64,000 nucleotides of DNA, from assembly GCA_051362555.1 (NCBI GenBank), contig CM120640.1, positions 20,708,001 through 20,772,000 of the forward strand, in the 5' to 3' direction. This document shows positions 1 to 14,844 of this stretch, piece after piece. This DNA is from Lingula anatina. Lineage: Eukaryota; Animalia; Brachiopoda. The position numbers and the translations under genes are program-made. Below the pieces are notes generated by a model. The model saw only the letters and a list, made by a program, of their open reading frames with translations. It was not told where the DNA came from and ran no database searches. Within the stretch, counting starts at the first letter, position 1. Each line of letters opens with the position of its first letter.

Positions 1-2641
1 TTCGTATATATATATATATATATTTTTTTTTAACATGCTCTACCCACGCTCTGCCTACTCTTTCACTCTTTCTCTCTTCTCTCCCTTGCATCTCTTTCAA
101 AGCCATTCCTTGTTGCATATTAAAATGATAGATATGACATCCTGTTGGCCTGATTGGCATGTTCTACCCAAGCAACAGCAGAGCTGAACAGACAGATGAT
201 AGTTCTATCAGTTTCGTGTTCACCAGCTTATATTCCCTGAACAACAATAGTATTTATGTTGTATTCACTGTATCCACTCCATTTAGTAAATGTTCATCAG
301 TTACAATAAACGTATACGCACAATGCATTTATTAACCAATGTGTCGTCTTCTATCGGTATGACACGGCCACTTCATGGATCTAAAACACATGTCGACAGC
401 CCGATTCTTGTTGCACAACATGAGGGCATGTGACCGTGTGATCAGGGACCGATAACGTGGTTCAGCCAACCCAACTCAGTTAACCAAAAACCAATTTACA
501 AAAAAAGTCTCACTAGATTATAGAAATTTACGACGCCATTAATCCGTTAAGCTGAAACGAGTTCCTTGATTAAAAGCCGTTTTCGTGCAGTAAATTACAG
601 AATTACTAGCAGTCTACTAGAGCTACGTATAATGAGTTGGGATTCGCGGTGGTTATTAAATAATCAGGACAAAATCCAGGGACTCGTGAAATATCAATAC
701 AGGATTCTAGAAACAGTATACAAGTAGAAGGATGGACAAATATCTGGTTTTACAAGTCGCTAGGAAGATTTTGACCAAAAAATGACTTGTCGATCCCTTC
801 CACATTTCACAATATGATATGTAGTTTGGTTAACGTTATTTCGTATGAGAGCCTACTGCACAAGACCTGCCTTTTCAGTTCTATTCCGTTTCCGTTTTGC
901 ACACCTGCTTTTCAAAAAATCAGACTGCAACGCAAGGCGCCGTTGAATAAGAATGAAAGAAATATAATTATGGGTCCCTAAAAGGATGCATAATAATATG
1001 TATCAATACAAAATGAACATCATCATCATGATATTGGCTGATGAAGGCTTTAGAACTGCAAATCCGTTTTGGATTGTTTAAATGAATTTTTATCTAAAAA
1101 GTTATACTATACATTACTTTACCAAAGACATACTCTGTCTCTGTTTTTTATTCACCGTGCACGTGACCTGATTTGTCCCCCCCCCTCCCCTTAAAAAAAC
1201 CCAGACACCCGTAAATAAGGCGGATCATCCTTTGGTTATGGAGGAGGCAAGGGGCCATTTACAAGTCGTTTCCTGAATAATTTTGTGTTGAGATACGATT
1301 TTCATCACTCGACTGAGTCATTATCGTGTTGAAAGCTGAAGCCCGGTCGTTATTGATGTGAGAACAAAGGGATTAGCCTAAATGCAAACTATCATGATAC
1401 ATATGCAATCTTTTCTATTGCTTTTCTTACTGTGTAAATATTCAAACCGCTAAAACAATTGTTCGTTGGTCCTCGGCAGTGGTAACGCTTTCAGCAAATG
1501 TATAAATCTATGTGCAAATGGATACAAGTAACACAATACATCGAAGCACCGTCTCAATCTCAAATGATTTCAATCTCAAATGACTCAAGGAGGTAAAGGA
1601 GAGAGGGACTGCTTGAAACATCTGGCAACTACACGTGACCAAGGAAAGTCTAGCTATAATTCCTTGATATGAAGAAGGAGCTGTCCTGGGCAGCTGGGAA
1701 GTAATTTGTGGTTGGCAAGGCGCCTGCACATGGTACTAATTATGTTGATAACGTCCACTGAGTGCTAAGAAACATTCGAAACACACATTGAAAATAATAT
1801 GTTTTGTTAAGATCCCCCTTGTTTCCACGAGAAACATGAAAAACAAGACGTTAAGAAGAGTATCACTGTGGAGACAGAAATGCAGAACAGAATCCATTAA
1901 GGTTATGTAGCTTGAAATATATCAAAACATAACCTAATTTGAGTTTTTTTTCTTTCACGTTCTTATTTATGTATCACTCAATCATATCTGACATATACTA
2001 AGAAACTATGCTAATCAACATATCGATGACAGGTAAGGCTGTTATTGTGCTCTGGTATCATTTTTACTTGTTGAAGTACCTGGAAGTGTTTTTGGACTAT
2101 AATTCAATAATCCTAATTAAGTGTAGATAACAATCGGTTTGGGGGATAACTGTCTAACCACTGCCAATAAAATCGCCTGAATTGGTTTAGTTATTGACAA
2201 AATCGTGGAAAAAAGACCCGGTGCCACGGGTTTTTGATAACATCTTTTAAACCGGTGTTAGGCAGTCTTGTTTACAAAGGTCTATTGAAAACTAGTGCAA
2301 TTTAAAGTAATTATTGATAGACTCTCAGAAATCTGCACAGAATGATTTTATGAAAATCAATCGCACCGTACTATAGTATTCATGTACAACTCCTATTTGC
2401 CACTGAAAATTTTCTGTTACATGCCCAGTGGCCAGGTAGTAGAGAACATCAAGAAATCGAAAATAGGACTTTCACTCTAAAACCGCTAATATGACGTCAT
2501 CCGCTAATATGACGTCATCTGAAGACAAATAATGCCCATTAACATTATGTGATAAAATCATAACAACTCCTTTGATATATATCTTTTTAAATCTGACTTT
2601 AGCTAACAGGGTATATAATCTTAAGGGAAAGTAGCAACGGG

Positions 2642-2643
<2 letters not shown>

Positions 2644-2704
<61 letters not shown>
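2644..2704. repeat. Compound (GT)n(GA)n microsatellite
   Basis: Seen directly. Similar compound repeats at 23603-23660 and 48826-48882. Confidence 0.95.
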
Positions 2705-2709
<5 letters not shown>

Positions 2710-5700
2710 GTGGGTGGGTGTTCGCATGTATGTTTGTATTCGTATAAGCACACGTGAATTATTTCTATCTTTACTCTGTATACCTGTCAAGTCGTTCCTT
2801 GTATTTCAAATACGTGTTGTACAAAATGTATCATTTGTAAAGTTTCATTTTAATCGTCTTCCTATACTTTTCCTTTTATAGTTTTATTTGCCACAGACAC
2901 AAACCTCGCTTTGTGTATTTTGATTGCAGGTAAACTGACTTTTGGCTTAAATAGCGTTTTACTGAGGATATTTTACTGCCAGATAGGAAGCAGCTTAAGC
3001 ACAAATATCTTAATTAAGAAAGGATACCATACTGATTGACCTCATTTTATGATGGATACTAGACATTGGTCATTTTGGTCAGATGAAAACATCCGTTGAT
3101 ATTTCAAAGCCGTCGAAAAAAAATTACAATTTTTCAAAGAGCATGAGGCGTTTTTAACTCTTTAATGATCCAGCGTCATCCTGGTTGTCTGCCACTTCTC
3201 TCTCAGAACTCAGGTAAATAGTTGCATGTTTAGCAATGCGATTTTACACTAACAGCACTCTTCCATGCAATTGCTGATGCTAACTCGTGCACATATGCGT
3301 GAGTGCAGATCTCTATGTATAATGCACCCAACGTGCAGGGGAGAATGGATGACAAACCTGGGATTCATAAAGTTAAGACTTAACTATGAGAGAATACTGT
3401 CAAGAAAATAAAATGTGTAAGTTGGTTACCACTGTCCACTTGCATATCTAATATGCCCCACCCCCAATACTGGAATGTTTCTATTCACCTCTTGTAAGAA
3501 GAGTGATCAACGCCCTACCGTTATGTTTTGAAGAAGTAAGGGTGTCTATAGGTGTTATTTAAACAAGTCTTTAAAATGAAAAGGGCCCTTCGGTACGTTT
3601 TGAAATCACGCCAGCAATTTAAAAAAGAAAAGGGAGAAAAAAATAATATAAAAAGAAATAAACGGAAATAAAAAGTTAAGTAGATGATTTCCCCCTGAGA
3701 CTAAATCAAACGAATGATGATCTTAAATGTATATATATTTTTTCTTAGTGCTATTTATTATCATCATTTTATATTTTTGAAATGACCCAAATAGAGCACT
3801 TGAAAATGGATTTAGTGATAAAAGTTGAAAGGAGGCGCGTTAAAAATCTACGTGAAGAAAAAAAGCCGAGAGCAACGCTTAAACGTTCAAGACTGGCAAT
3901 GGTTTTCCCACATTCTAGATGTTTGCTGATTTGTTGCACAACCTTTAGAATCATAGCAGTGACTGTCCCTAAGGTCAATCAATTTCTAAAGATTGTGCAA
4001 ATCTAACAAATGCATCGCCTGCGTGACCATATAGATAACTGTCACAGATGACATAGTGGTTCATTAGCATCAGTCATTCCACGACCGTGTCGCCTTCACC
4101 ATATCAAAGTTGCTCTTATAATCGTCTTAACTTATTCATCCAAACGGTGCCTAATCGATGTTTTCTTATCTCTTATCCTTTCACGAAATGGCTTCTAGGC
4201 AATGCTTCACCAAAAGGAAAACCAATCTCAATCAAACGTTCCTTCATGGCATCTTATGCATATCATACATTCAGAGTGGCTTAGATGGAAACAGTAGATA
4301 TACATGGACGTACAAACCCGCATCGCTCTGATAATGCTGTTTACTTAAATACAGCTTATGACTCACCTGCAAACACACAGACTGTCTGTAATGGCACTGA
4401 ATTAGTTCTCCTCGAAAATTGGACCTTCAGTCCGGTGATTATTTTATAACGGTGGGTCCAGGAAATTTGACGATGATGTCTACCCATAGGCAGTTCTCTA
4501 TATTCTGGTCAATACTCCGTGTACTGTTAGTCATCGCCGCATCTTGATCTCGGCTAGTACCTCGGCGTTGTTTTTGTGGTGTTCAGTGCATCCAGATCCT
4601 ACCCTTTCTTTTGTTTTACGTTGTACACTAGGAACGTGATCTAAATATTGAGGCAATCATAGGCAGCGTTGCCATGGTGACCAATGCGATATCCAATATT
4701 TTGCATGTTATTGGTACGCGAGCTTTGTCTGGCACAGATCGTTATCAGGGGCTTACCAGTCACAAAACTTCACAAGAGCCTCGCAGCCCAGCACGTCGAG
4801 GTTCCAGAGAAGCCAACCGTTCTCAGCTGATGTCTATACCGTTCCTCTTCACAGAACAATAGGCAATGAATATCGTGAATTGATCGCTGGATAAATTAAT
4901 TAAATCTAACCGCTTACTTCCAACTGGTTCTGCGCGACTCCAAACTGTCTGTGCAGTTATCGATCGCCGTTAGAGCTCTTACAACCAGCACAGGCGCTGT
5001 TTGTATTACAACAATAGCAAACGGCTTTGACAGGAGAACCATTTTTGCTTCTGGATGAGCACGCGAAGAGAGGTGTTTTACGACAAACACCGAAAGTGCT
5101 CGATTGATTATTCATAATGTTATCATCTTTGCATTCAGTGAAAAATACACCAAAGCCGTAGCTAAAAACTTCAACTCACTCGGCCTACTTGCAAGTATGC
5201 GCTTGGAGCGATGACGTGGCTCTATGCAGGTGTCCATCGTTTTCTCACGAAAGCAGTTTTACTAGGTCACCGAATATCTTAAGGACAAATAGAACGCGTA
5301 ATTTCCATCTGCCTCCTTGTATCCCAAGCCCTCTGTTTGTCTGTCTATATGCTAGTAGTCTGTCTGTCTGCTTCTCTGCCTGTGTACATGTACGTATGTA
5401 CCAGTATGCCTGATTTCTAAAATAGACCCCATTGCGGTCATTCTACCTACATGCAGTTACGTTCACATGGCCTAATAGCTAAGAATCAAAAGATATGGAT
5501 TTGCACTGAATATTTTCTGCTAGTGCCTACAGGGAACTTTACTTAGCAGGGCCTGCACATTTGTTAACTTGCATGAAATACGTGTTAAAGTATTGCACAT
5601 ATTTCACGCGTGGGGAGGTTAGGTGCCTAGATTTAGATGGTTTATAGCCTTATTACAGGACGCGCCCTGGGCCTTGCTGTTCGCGATCTTTACATCACAT

Positions 5701-7739
5701 GCTCTAATTATGCTTTCGGCGAGTCAAAGTAAGGTTTTAGAATTTATTTTGATAAATTTAAAAACTGTCAATTTTTTTCTATATGTCAAGTTTCTTTTAA
5801 GTTCGGGGAGTAAATTTAGAAATATACGGTAAATAACTGGCATTTCATACATAAAAAAGGGTAATAATAATGGACACAATCGTTTTAATTCTTTACCTTC
5901 TCAAGATACGGCCAATCTACATAAGTTGACGAAATATGGTATTCTTTGTTTCTTTGTTTCATCAATAAGCGCCACATTTCGTACTTGATCATATGGCTGC
6001 ATGGTAGCGATTTTCACTGAAAAGGCACCAGAATTACCTTTCCTTTCATTTGCACAACGGGGGCTACATTGGGAATGCTGTACCCTTATACATTACGTTT
6101 ATGATTCATTAGTGTCGAAGTGCCTGGATTCAACACGTTATTCGATACTTAAAACGAGTGCTAAATTTGCCAATGACACTTACCGATATCTACTTTTTCC
6201 CTGTATATTTTGTACTCTGCACAAACGTGCAAAGAATATTTTGAGAACAGTGAAAAACTTCATGTACCCTTAGTTTTTCCTTATTAACATATAAGTAAAG
6301 ATCTGGGCCTCCAAAAGACCCTAGCTAGTACAAGCTTGAGTTCCAGGAATCAGTGATGATACAATATCAATATATGAGACTAGAGCCATCAGTTATATTC
6401 TGTGGGTGGCTTTTAAGTCTCTTAGTCAGGCATAATCAGTTTCTTTTGTTGCATTAGACTCTGGTAGTGCTAAAACTAATCTAAACGCTTTTGCAAAGCA
6501 AAACCTCTGAAACGACTGAAAACCTTTAAACTATATCTTCCGTGAAACTGCAAAAAAAAAGTCATATTTCTATACATTATGAAACTACTGTAATGCTTGT
6601 TTCTTTATTTTTGGTTCGCTTCTCCAGCTCATTTTGTGTGAACTGTGTCGAACAAAATGCATTTCAATCTCAATAGGAATGCACTTGTGTAAAGCAGCTA
6701 AGTAGACAAGCATGTTATTTATTACCTTACGTTGTGTCTGCCAAGCGTCAGATGTTAAAAAAAGTGAGTAACGTTTTAAAGAAATCCCCAAGAAAATTAA
6801 GTAGTTTGTGCTTTCTAGTGTATCAAGTGAAATAGCAGAAGTATATGTAAGACTTGTTTAAAAATATGTGCCCAACTTGTGATCTATGAATGTAAAGACT
6901 AAGATTAGCAGACTTGGCTGCAGTCCATTGCCAAATGTTCTCGTTAAAGAATCGATAGAGGGCACCTGTGACCCTAAAATGGAATACAATATACACGCAA
7001 ACGCGCGCGCGTACATGTTCATCGCATCAATGAAAGAAGTCCCGAAGGTGCTTACAGTGTTTGAAGTTCAAACTGAATTAGCATATTGTAAATATAATAC
7101 AATTTTGCTTAAAAGGTTGGTACTCCTTTCAGCAATTGTTTGTGAATTTCGCTTAAACTTTGTGTACATATTTAAACATAGCAAATGTGAACAGGGACGT
7201 TAATTACAAAGAATGATTAATCATGTTTTAAATGTCCACTTAACTTATTTTATAAATAGCAGTTACATCCACAAGTTTGAAATCAAGAAAATGGTTTAAT
7301 TCAAAATTTGATACATCTTACATTAGCCCCGACATACCATGAGATTTGATTGAGCGGATCATATCCCGCAAAAAATATGCCAACTAATGATTTCTTTATC
7401 AAAATATACAAATTGAAAGTTCATTTTGTAAATATCGAGTTTTACAAATGTATCCTTTCGCTAGGTCTTGAAATGAATGAATGACATACGTGGTCACGGG
7501 GTCGGGTAAAGCCACACAAGCCACAGGGAAGAGAGCCAGCATGTGAAGCTATCAAACTGAGTAATCATTACCTGTACCTGTAAGACAAGTTTCTAAACTC
7601 CCGATAGCAGCCCATACACCTTCACTTTTTTACATGATGGGTGTAAATCTTCGTGAAGGCATGTGAAGCCATTTTCCTGTTTATTCAATTCTTTAAATAG
7701 CATTTAATTATGAATATCTCTACTAGTATAAACAGAGGT

Positions 7740-7742
<3 letters not shown>

Positions 7743-7805
<63 letters not shown>
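7743..7805. repeat. (CT)n(AT)n microsatellite
   Basis: Seen directly. Confidence 0.95.
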
Positions 7806-7809
<4 letters not shown>

Positions 7810-10592
7810 CCATTTGGAGAAAATAGAAAAATGAAATGAAACGAGTTGAAGATATAGTCGCGAATTCTTCTTCTTCTAAAACTCTGCTGACGGAAAGTGA
7901 TACATTTAGTTTTCTGTGTAATCATGCCAACCAATGCCCATTAGCGGACAATACCCATTTTGTAGAGTGTCATAGTGCTGACGTGGTTGGTTTATATTTG
8001 GTGCTGATCTCTGTTCCCGGCAAGGGAACATGTCTAAATAAATCCGCAAAAACCACATAGTTTCAATGACCACCATAAAGGTTGCTGTCACGCCCACTAA
8101 AGTCTGAAAGCGCGGAGATTATATATCAGCTTAGGTTTCATAATCATTAATCTTGCTCTAGAATAATATTCCAGCAGTTTATGATATTAGATTTAGCGAG
8201 AAATCCGAAAGAACTGTTGGGCATGAAGTTCTGGAAATAGGAATTCGGCAGACTTGAGTACAACCTCGTCACTTCTAGCCTTTTAGCACAAGTGAGGCAG
8301 GACCGATCCCCATAATCATCAGCGTGACACTGTCATTAATAACCCCTCTCAGGAGAATTTTAATAAGAGTTTTCTGGTCGATTTCAAGGCGTCTGGCAGT
8401 TTTTATCTTCTTGACGCCTAAGTCCTCTTAGGCGACCGTCTCACTTCTAATTTCGTTATCAGTGAAACTTGACATGGTTAAAACACATGTAATGTTTTTG
8501 TTCACTTCTATTTACACATAGTTTAACCAATAAAGTCGGAACGAGGCGACCACAGGTCTGCTAATATCCTGGCCATAAAACACGAACGTATGAGGGGATG
8601 TCAAAAAGTTTTGAGCCTTGCATATTGCGCCAAGTAAAGTAGTGTATTCAGGGTCGAAGATTTCATGGCCAGAAATGCGCAGCATTCACGCGATACGCGA
8701 GGGCGCTACAGTAGGGCTTCACGTGACTCAACTAGCCAATCACAGCACAACAATGGCATCGCACACAGACTCTGTGATAAGTGCTCAGCCCATTGTCAAG
8801 TAGTGTTAGTTCATGGTAACAAGCGTCTGACATGTGCAGAGAAGTTTATTGTAATATATATTGTTCTTATTGTTACATTATTAAATCTAACTCTGTACCA
8901 AGTCAGGTACTGATAATGTGCAGAGGTCATATTTTCCAGAATAAGCCATTAGCACTAATTTATAACTTTAATTTTCATGAAAGTTCATGAAAGATTATTT
9001 TAATTTGTTAAATCGTGATCTTATTTTTTTTATATTCAAATAATTGAATAATGTGGGTAAAATTGGTCTTCCACTTCTTATTTGCATTTTTCCTTTACTA
9101 CAAGATTATTTTGGAACAGTTGCAGCATTAAAATTTTAAATAAATAGCAATCTGAAAGAATTTTGCATTATTATTAAATGATGATAGCAATTTTGGATTA
9201 AGAGATTAGTTAAATACTGAGTAGTGATATTGTCAGTCAATTTATGTAGAATCTGATAATATGATTGAAAATACTGATTGAATTCTGGGCAGTTTCACGT
9301 TCAATTGTGCCAAGTGCTTTTTTTGGACTCCATTGTACAGTGGTAAAAGTTCTTCAATTGCCATGAAAGTTTTTAATCAGACTCTGCATGGTGCTGCTGT
9401 CTGCTGGTGCTATCGGCAACGAATTAGTTGGCCTTTGTTTCTGAGTGAATCTACCGTCTAAAATCACTATTTCTGAAAATATGTGCGTTTTGCTGAGGGT
9501 AGGCTAGGCAATACACAGCAAACTTCTTAGTTCGTGTGTGCAACAGAATTTTTTTTTAAATCCTAGCGATATTTGGTCAGGAGTTGCTTGAAGCATAGCA
9601 CAGTGTTGCTGTCTATCGGCATCAGGCTGTTTGTTTGTCAATTATCACGAATTACCCACGAATCGCGAACCTATATATTTTCCTATGGCAATCTAGCAAC
9701 TCATTAAAAGTGCACGCATGCGCAGTGGGCTAAGCGTGACGTCATGCAGTGCATTTCTGGGGATGGAGGAATATGACGGGTTGACAACTGCTGTGGATGT
9801 TTTGTTCAGGACGATTTAAAGGTTTATATAACGGCCAATGACCAGTAGGGGTTCAATGGCAGGCAGAAATAAAATGGAGCAGTGAGATGCAATTATGTAG
9901 TTTTTTGTGTGAAGCTCAAGCGTTTCTGACATTCCTTCTTATTCCTATAGTTTGGACAGGGTGACAATAAACATTATCATCAATAAATAAGTAAGTTGAT
10001 TCCTGAAGACTTACAAACAAGAAAAATTATCTTAAGATATTCAGCCTATTGAACAACTGTGTATATTTGAATGAATTTGAAACTCTATTAGGAAAAACAT
10101 AGATTACGCGATCAAAACAGCGTTTTTACACGACATTACATGTACCAGCTGTTAATTTGGCCATCTCGTCTTTAAGTAGGTCTGATCTGTATAACAATGT
10201 ACTGCACTGAATCATTCACTTATTATTGTATTGGTTACAGCATTCTGTAACAAAGCTGTTATCCTAATGGCTTTCATTTTGCTCCTTATTAAATGTAACT
10301 GCTTCTATACAAATAACGAAACTAATTTCGACCCCAGCATATGTCGACATCGAGAGATGAAAACAATTTATTCGTTTTATCGATCCTCGGCTAATATATA
10401 AATCACGTTGCAGGTTTGTATCGTTATAGATTAAGGTTAAATGAATTAAGACGTTACAATTAACTGGGACACACTGGGCACATACAGATGTCCATAAATA
10501 GACCCGTTAATTGGTCTTTAATTTACATATGAAACTAGAAAAGCAAGCCAAAGCAGCGATTTTTGATTATTATTGATTATTGATTGATTATT

Positions 10593-10769
10593 GATCCGGA
10601 TCACCACCAAAAACTAATAATCTCTTCTTTGGCCCATTTCTGACAGTTCCTGATAATTTCATCAAAATCGGTCCTAACTTTTTTAGTTATGTTGATGACA
10701 AACAAACAAACAAGCAAACAAACAAACAGACAAACAGGGGTGAAAACATAACCTCCTTGGCGGAGGTAA
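10593..10769 (+). mobile_element. Helentron/Helitron-associated non-autonomous element, 3' part
   Basis: GATCCGGATCACCACCAAAA..., a (ACAA)n microsatellite and terminal hairpin ACCTCC-TTGGC-GGAGGT; the arrangement is typical of DINE/HINE-type elements. Confidence 0.6.
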
Positions 10770-12795
10770 CGAGCGTATATTCCGTGTAACGCATACTGTA
10801 CAAACCACTTGTACTAGTTTCTTATACGACTCAAATAAAGTCTACATACAAAAGAATAAACCAAATAATTCACCGGTCAGTGAAATAATAGCGTTAAAAC
10901 TGCACATTCTTCAATAGAATTTGTTTAATCAATAGCTATAAGAAATTCACTGATATTTACAATCTAATTCGTCGTCCGCCAACAGGCAGACTTCATCAGG
11001 GAAATGAGGACTGTGATAGGTATTATAACCTCTCACCTTCTTCAAATTTCTGGTCGTAAACTTGACATTTTTAACAGTTCCTCCAGTTTGTATAAGTCCG
11101 CTTAATGACGTAGTAATGTATGACGCATTATTACTGCGGTCGCATTAACAAATATTTGAATGGGATTTGACCAAGTGTTATTTATAGCACAGAAAGAAAG
11201 CATAAAATGCCTGTTCAAATATCAGTTTTCGGGAACTTTGGACGATACCCTATGATATTCCCTTAAATCATGCTACTTGAAACTAAACGGAGGCATTTAG
11301 TCTGATTGCAAAGTTTGACTTCGTATGTAACTTTAAGTTTACATGTACTGTGTACAAGTCAGTTAGTCGTTTTGTCTTTCCCCAGAACGGGCTACAGTTT
11401 TAGTCTATTCGTTGAAAGGTATATACCAGTATCAGGATTTATAACATATAATTGATAAATAAGCAACACGTGCAAATTTAATAATGCATCACGTTGATCA
11501 AAATAAGCTCCATTGATATGCTCCAACGCGAGTTTCTCCGGTGAAATTTTAAAAAAGGAAATATGGATATCAATTTAATGGAAGATTTATTCACAATGTG
11601 ACCTAGTTTAAACATACTTGAGTGATGAAAAAGGCAATAAGGCACTAGCGCTGTATTTTCATAACCCCTGATGAGGACGGTTAATCTCATCTCAAAAACG
11701 GTGACACATTTAAAGTCATTATTACCTTTCTTATGATATTACGTATACTCAAGTCCATTATGCAAGTCGGTGGCTTGGCAACGTATATTCCATTAGTTGA
11801 GACAAGCTCAGCAGCACGTGTTCGTCACCTGAATGAAAAAAAAACTGCGTATATTGTTGAGCTCCTCAGTTTTTTCCTTGACCAGACCATTGGGGAGTCG
11901 CACCTACTGCATTCTCAGGTCAACCAGTTGCGACTCAAAGAACCCGAGCACTGTGCCTATTATTGGCTGTTTACGCAGACAAAGGGTTTGGGAATATTAA
12001 TTCTTCATAAAAATATGGGTTATTCGGTACATTTTAAGTCTTTCCTCGAAATTGCAATCACAATTCGTCCCATGGTGTATTTATGTAAAGTATGTCTCAT
12101 GATCACTTTGCCTGACATTTGAAAAAAAAAGAAATATTGCACAAAATTATTGCAGAATGTAAAAGAAAAATTGTACTGAAAATCACATCTGCCGTTCCAC
12201 TGTGAATATAATTTTACTGTATAAAGCAGTTATTTGTCTCAAACGAGGAACGAGAAAATCAATACCATGGAATAAATCTCAGTTTGTCCCTATGGCATAA
12301 AATTGAAAATATTAGAACCGGTCTTTTTGATATCGAATCTAATCAAATCACCCGGTGTCCTGCTAATGGTCATTAAGACTCGCCTCAAAGTCATGTCCAA
12401 GTCACATATACTGGAGCGATGAACATGGGTCTTTATTTAGTGGCTTTAACACGCCATAGTCCCAATACAGCACAGAACGGGATGAATTCGGATGGTCACT
12501 GGAGAGTGACTTTTTTAAAGCCAGCTTATAATAATGTGACAGCTAAATAGTATTTTAAAATTATTTACACGGCCGTGTAAAGGTACATGATTACTAAATC
12601 CATGGAAGCACTGCAAGGTCGTATTCAATGGTGTAAAGAAAAAGGTCATTCGTGAAGCGTATTTCAATAGGCGTATGCTCGTAGCTAATTGGCTGGCCTG
12701 GAAAATAAAAAAGGTGTGTCGCGTTTGTTGTTAAAATACCAGCAGAAGGACGCGGTCACGGATCTAACGTTACATTATAAACACCTTTCCCTTAG

Positions 12796-12844
12796 GAAAG
12801 ACTCACTGGTTGAAAGACTTTTGCAAAGAGAAGGCCTTTCCAAG
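12796..12844 (+). other. Possible 5' UTR exon of the large gene
   Basis: Acceptor CCTTTCCCTTAG and strong donor AAG|GTAAGT, 1.9 kb upstream of the acceptor at 14712. Splice signals are the only support. Confidence 0.3.
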
Positions 12845-14192
12845 GTAAGTTATTTATTTGTATTAAAAGTAATAAAAAAGGATCTGCCGGGCATTAGATA
12901 AGCCATCACTTAAGGAGCACAGGCGTCAATTAAGTGAGTTGATTTTTAATTTTTATCGGTTTCTAGTCTTTTAACTTATCACTTTCTGTTTACGCCTTTT
13001 AACTTAACACTTTCTTTTAAGTTGTACTAGTACCCAGTCCCCACAGGAGGTAAGTACATCCATATCAACTGGCAAGGGTCAGTCACTCAAACGTTGATTA
13101 AATCTAGAAAGAAAGCACATCGTCATTCACCTTATGGGAGTGTTAGTTGTGACGATCCCTTTTTACAGAATAAAGGATTAACCCAATTCTAGTTGTAATA
13201 TGTGGTGCTTTAACTGCAAGTCTGATATTTTATATTGTCCTGTGGTCTATCCTGCAACAATTGCAGTCCAGCAATTGTTTCAGCTATGAGGTATATTACT
13301 GGTAACATATAATTCTAACGAGGTATTTGTAACCCTATGCAACAAGATAGCAACCAGATCGCTTTACTTTAAATGATCCCGTTTTCATTTCACGTTGGGT
13401 TATTTTGTGCATCACCCCTTGCTTGCCGACAGGCACAGGTAAACCCGTATGACAAAGAGAGTAAACCGTATGACAAAGAGACGATATAAATAGCAAGGTA
13501 AATTATTCGAAAAAAAAAACGTGGAAGACATCCACCGGTACGTGAGACATACAGTACGGTATCCATACCAACGGGAAGGGGGCTTAATTTTAAACAAGCA
13601 AAAAAAAAAAAAAAAAAAAAAAGAGAATACACAAGGCGGTTAAACCGAACATACATGGATGTATCATTCATAGATTGGATTTTTCAGTTATTTTTATTAA
13701 CTCCTTCCGTCAACAATAAACATATAAATGGGCCCGAAAAATGTCCCAGGGAATATGCATCGCCCCCACAACCCAGTCTTCACAGAGACACGTGGCTAAA
13801 TGCCTGGGGGATGACAGAGATCGTCTGTCACGTAGTGACTATAAAGAGTCCCTGTTCTGTCTGACTTTTAATAATGGTGATTATACTTAACATCTACCGG
13901 TATCTAATTGGATAAAATGCAAATGGATACTTTTGTATACTGACCCGTTGTCGGTATACGTTATAATGGAATGTACCGGTAGGCACCAAGGGCGGGGGAA
14001 AATGTAAGACGCCCAACTCACTATCAATTTCATCTACATTTCAAGTGTAAGCAAAAAGTTTGTCATGATTTCGGAGCCTGATTAGATAGGCTGACTGCAG
14101 TACGCATTTAAGGCGACACATGGAATTCTTCAGGTGGTGATACATTTTCATACCCAGCTTTTTGTTCATACTACGGTTCCATAACAAATGGA

Positions 14193-14234
14193 CACACACA
14201 CACACACACACACACACAAATAAACATGTTTAAT

Positions 14235-14266
<32 letters not shown>
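14193..14266. repeat. (CA)n and (CT)n microsatellites
   Basis: Seen directly. Confidence 0.9.
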
Positions 14267-14270
<4 letters not shown>

Positions 14271-14771
14271 GAGATGTCAAAGTGGTTGCACTTCACGTAT
14301 AAAGCAGCATGACAAGTTGCATGGCTTCTACATAATTATGTAACACCCTGTCGGATGTCGTGCCGTGAACAACGTCTTTAACGCACACCCAACAAAGTCA
14401 TCATCAGTAGCTACCTGCATGTACATGTTTTCGATTAAAACACGTTACGCGTACCTTGCTCCATGTCAGCCCACTGTACCTTTAAAGCATGCAATTTATT
14501 TGCTTGTCCGGTGGCGTGACCCACTATATGTCTTTTAAGATTTATTTAGTTTATTATAATCCTTGTCTCATCGTAGATTGTTTTAAGCATGTTCTGTATG
14601 CGTTCTTGTCCACTACCAATCTATACCTTCAGCGATCGGCGTGGGGAATTTTAATAATTTTTTTTGTATGATTTTCCCGTGAAATCTCTATTTGACATAT
14701 CTACATTTTCAGTTTTATGAAAGGATCCCTAGAAGAAATATTCACATCTGAGACGCAATTCACGTCCAGTT

Positions 14772-14844
14772 ATGCAGTGGACGGGGGTCCTCAAGCTGCT
14801 GCTGTTTATGAGCTATGTCCACGGATCGGCCAGCCAGCAAATGT
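14772..14844 (+). CDS. Exon 1: start codon and signal peptide MQWTGVLKLLLFMSYVHGSASQQM
   Basis: Hydrophobic N-terminus followed by small residues (HGSAS). Strong donor T|GTAAGT in phase 1 matches the phase-1 acceptor at 23843. An upstream acceptor TTTTCAG ends at 14712, which implies a further 5' UTR exon. Confidence 0.7.

Noticed and set aside
4400-5250. GC-richer patch resembling a TE interior or exon
   Set aside because: No identifiable protein motif, termini or convincing splice pair.
8589-8620. Mariner-like TIR start TATGAGGGGATGTCAAAAAGTT
   Set aside because: No partner inverted repeat or transposase remnant found nearby.
11665-11705. CTGATGA hammerhead-like starts here and near 1038
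   Set aside because: No proper stem II or GAAA core follows.
1-14700. Short ORFs of 60-130 aa in the first 14.7 kb
   Set aside because: No recognisable motifs and no consistent exon chain; several are microsatellite translations (for example 2472-2881).
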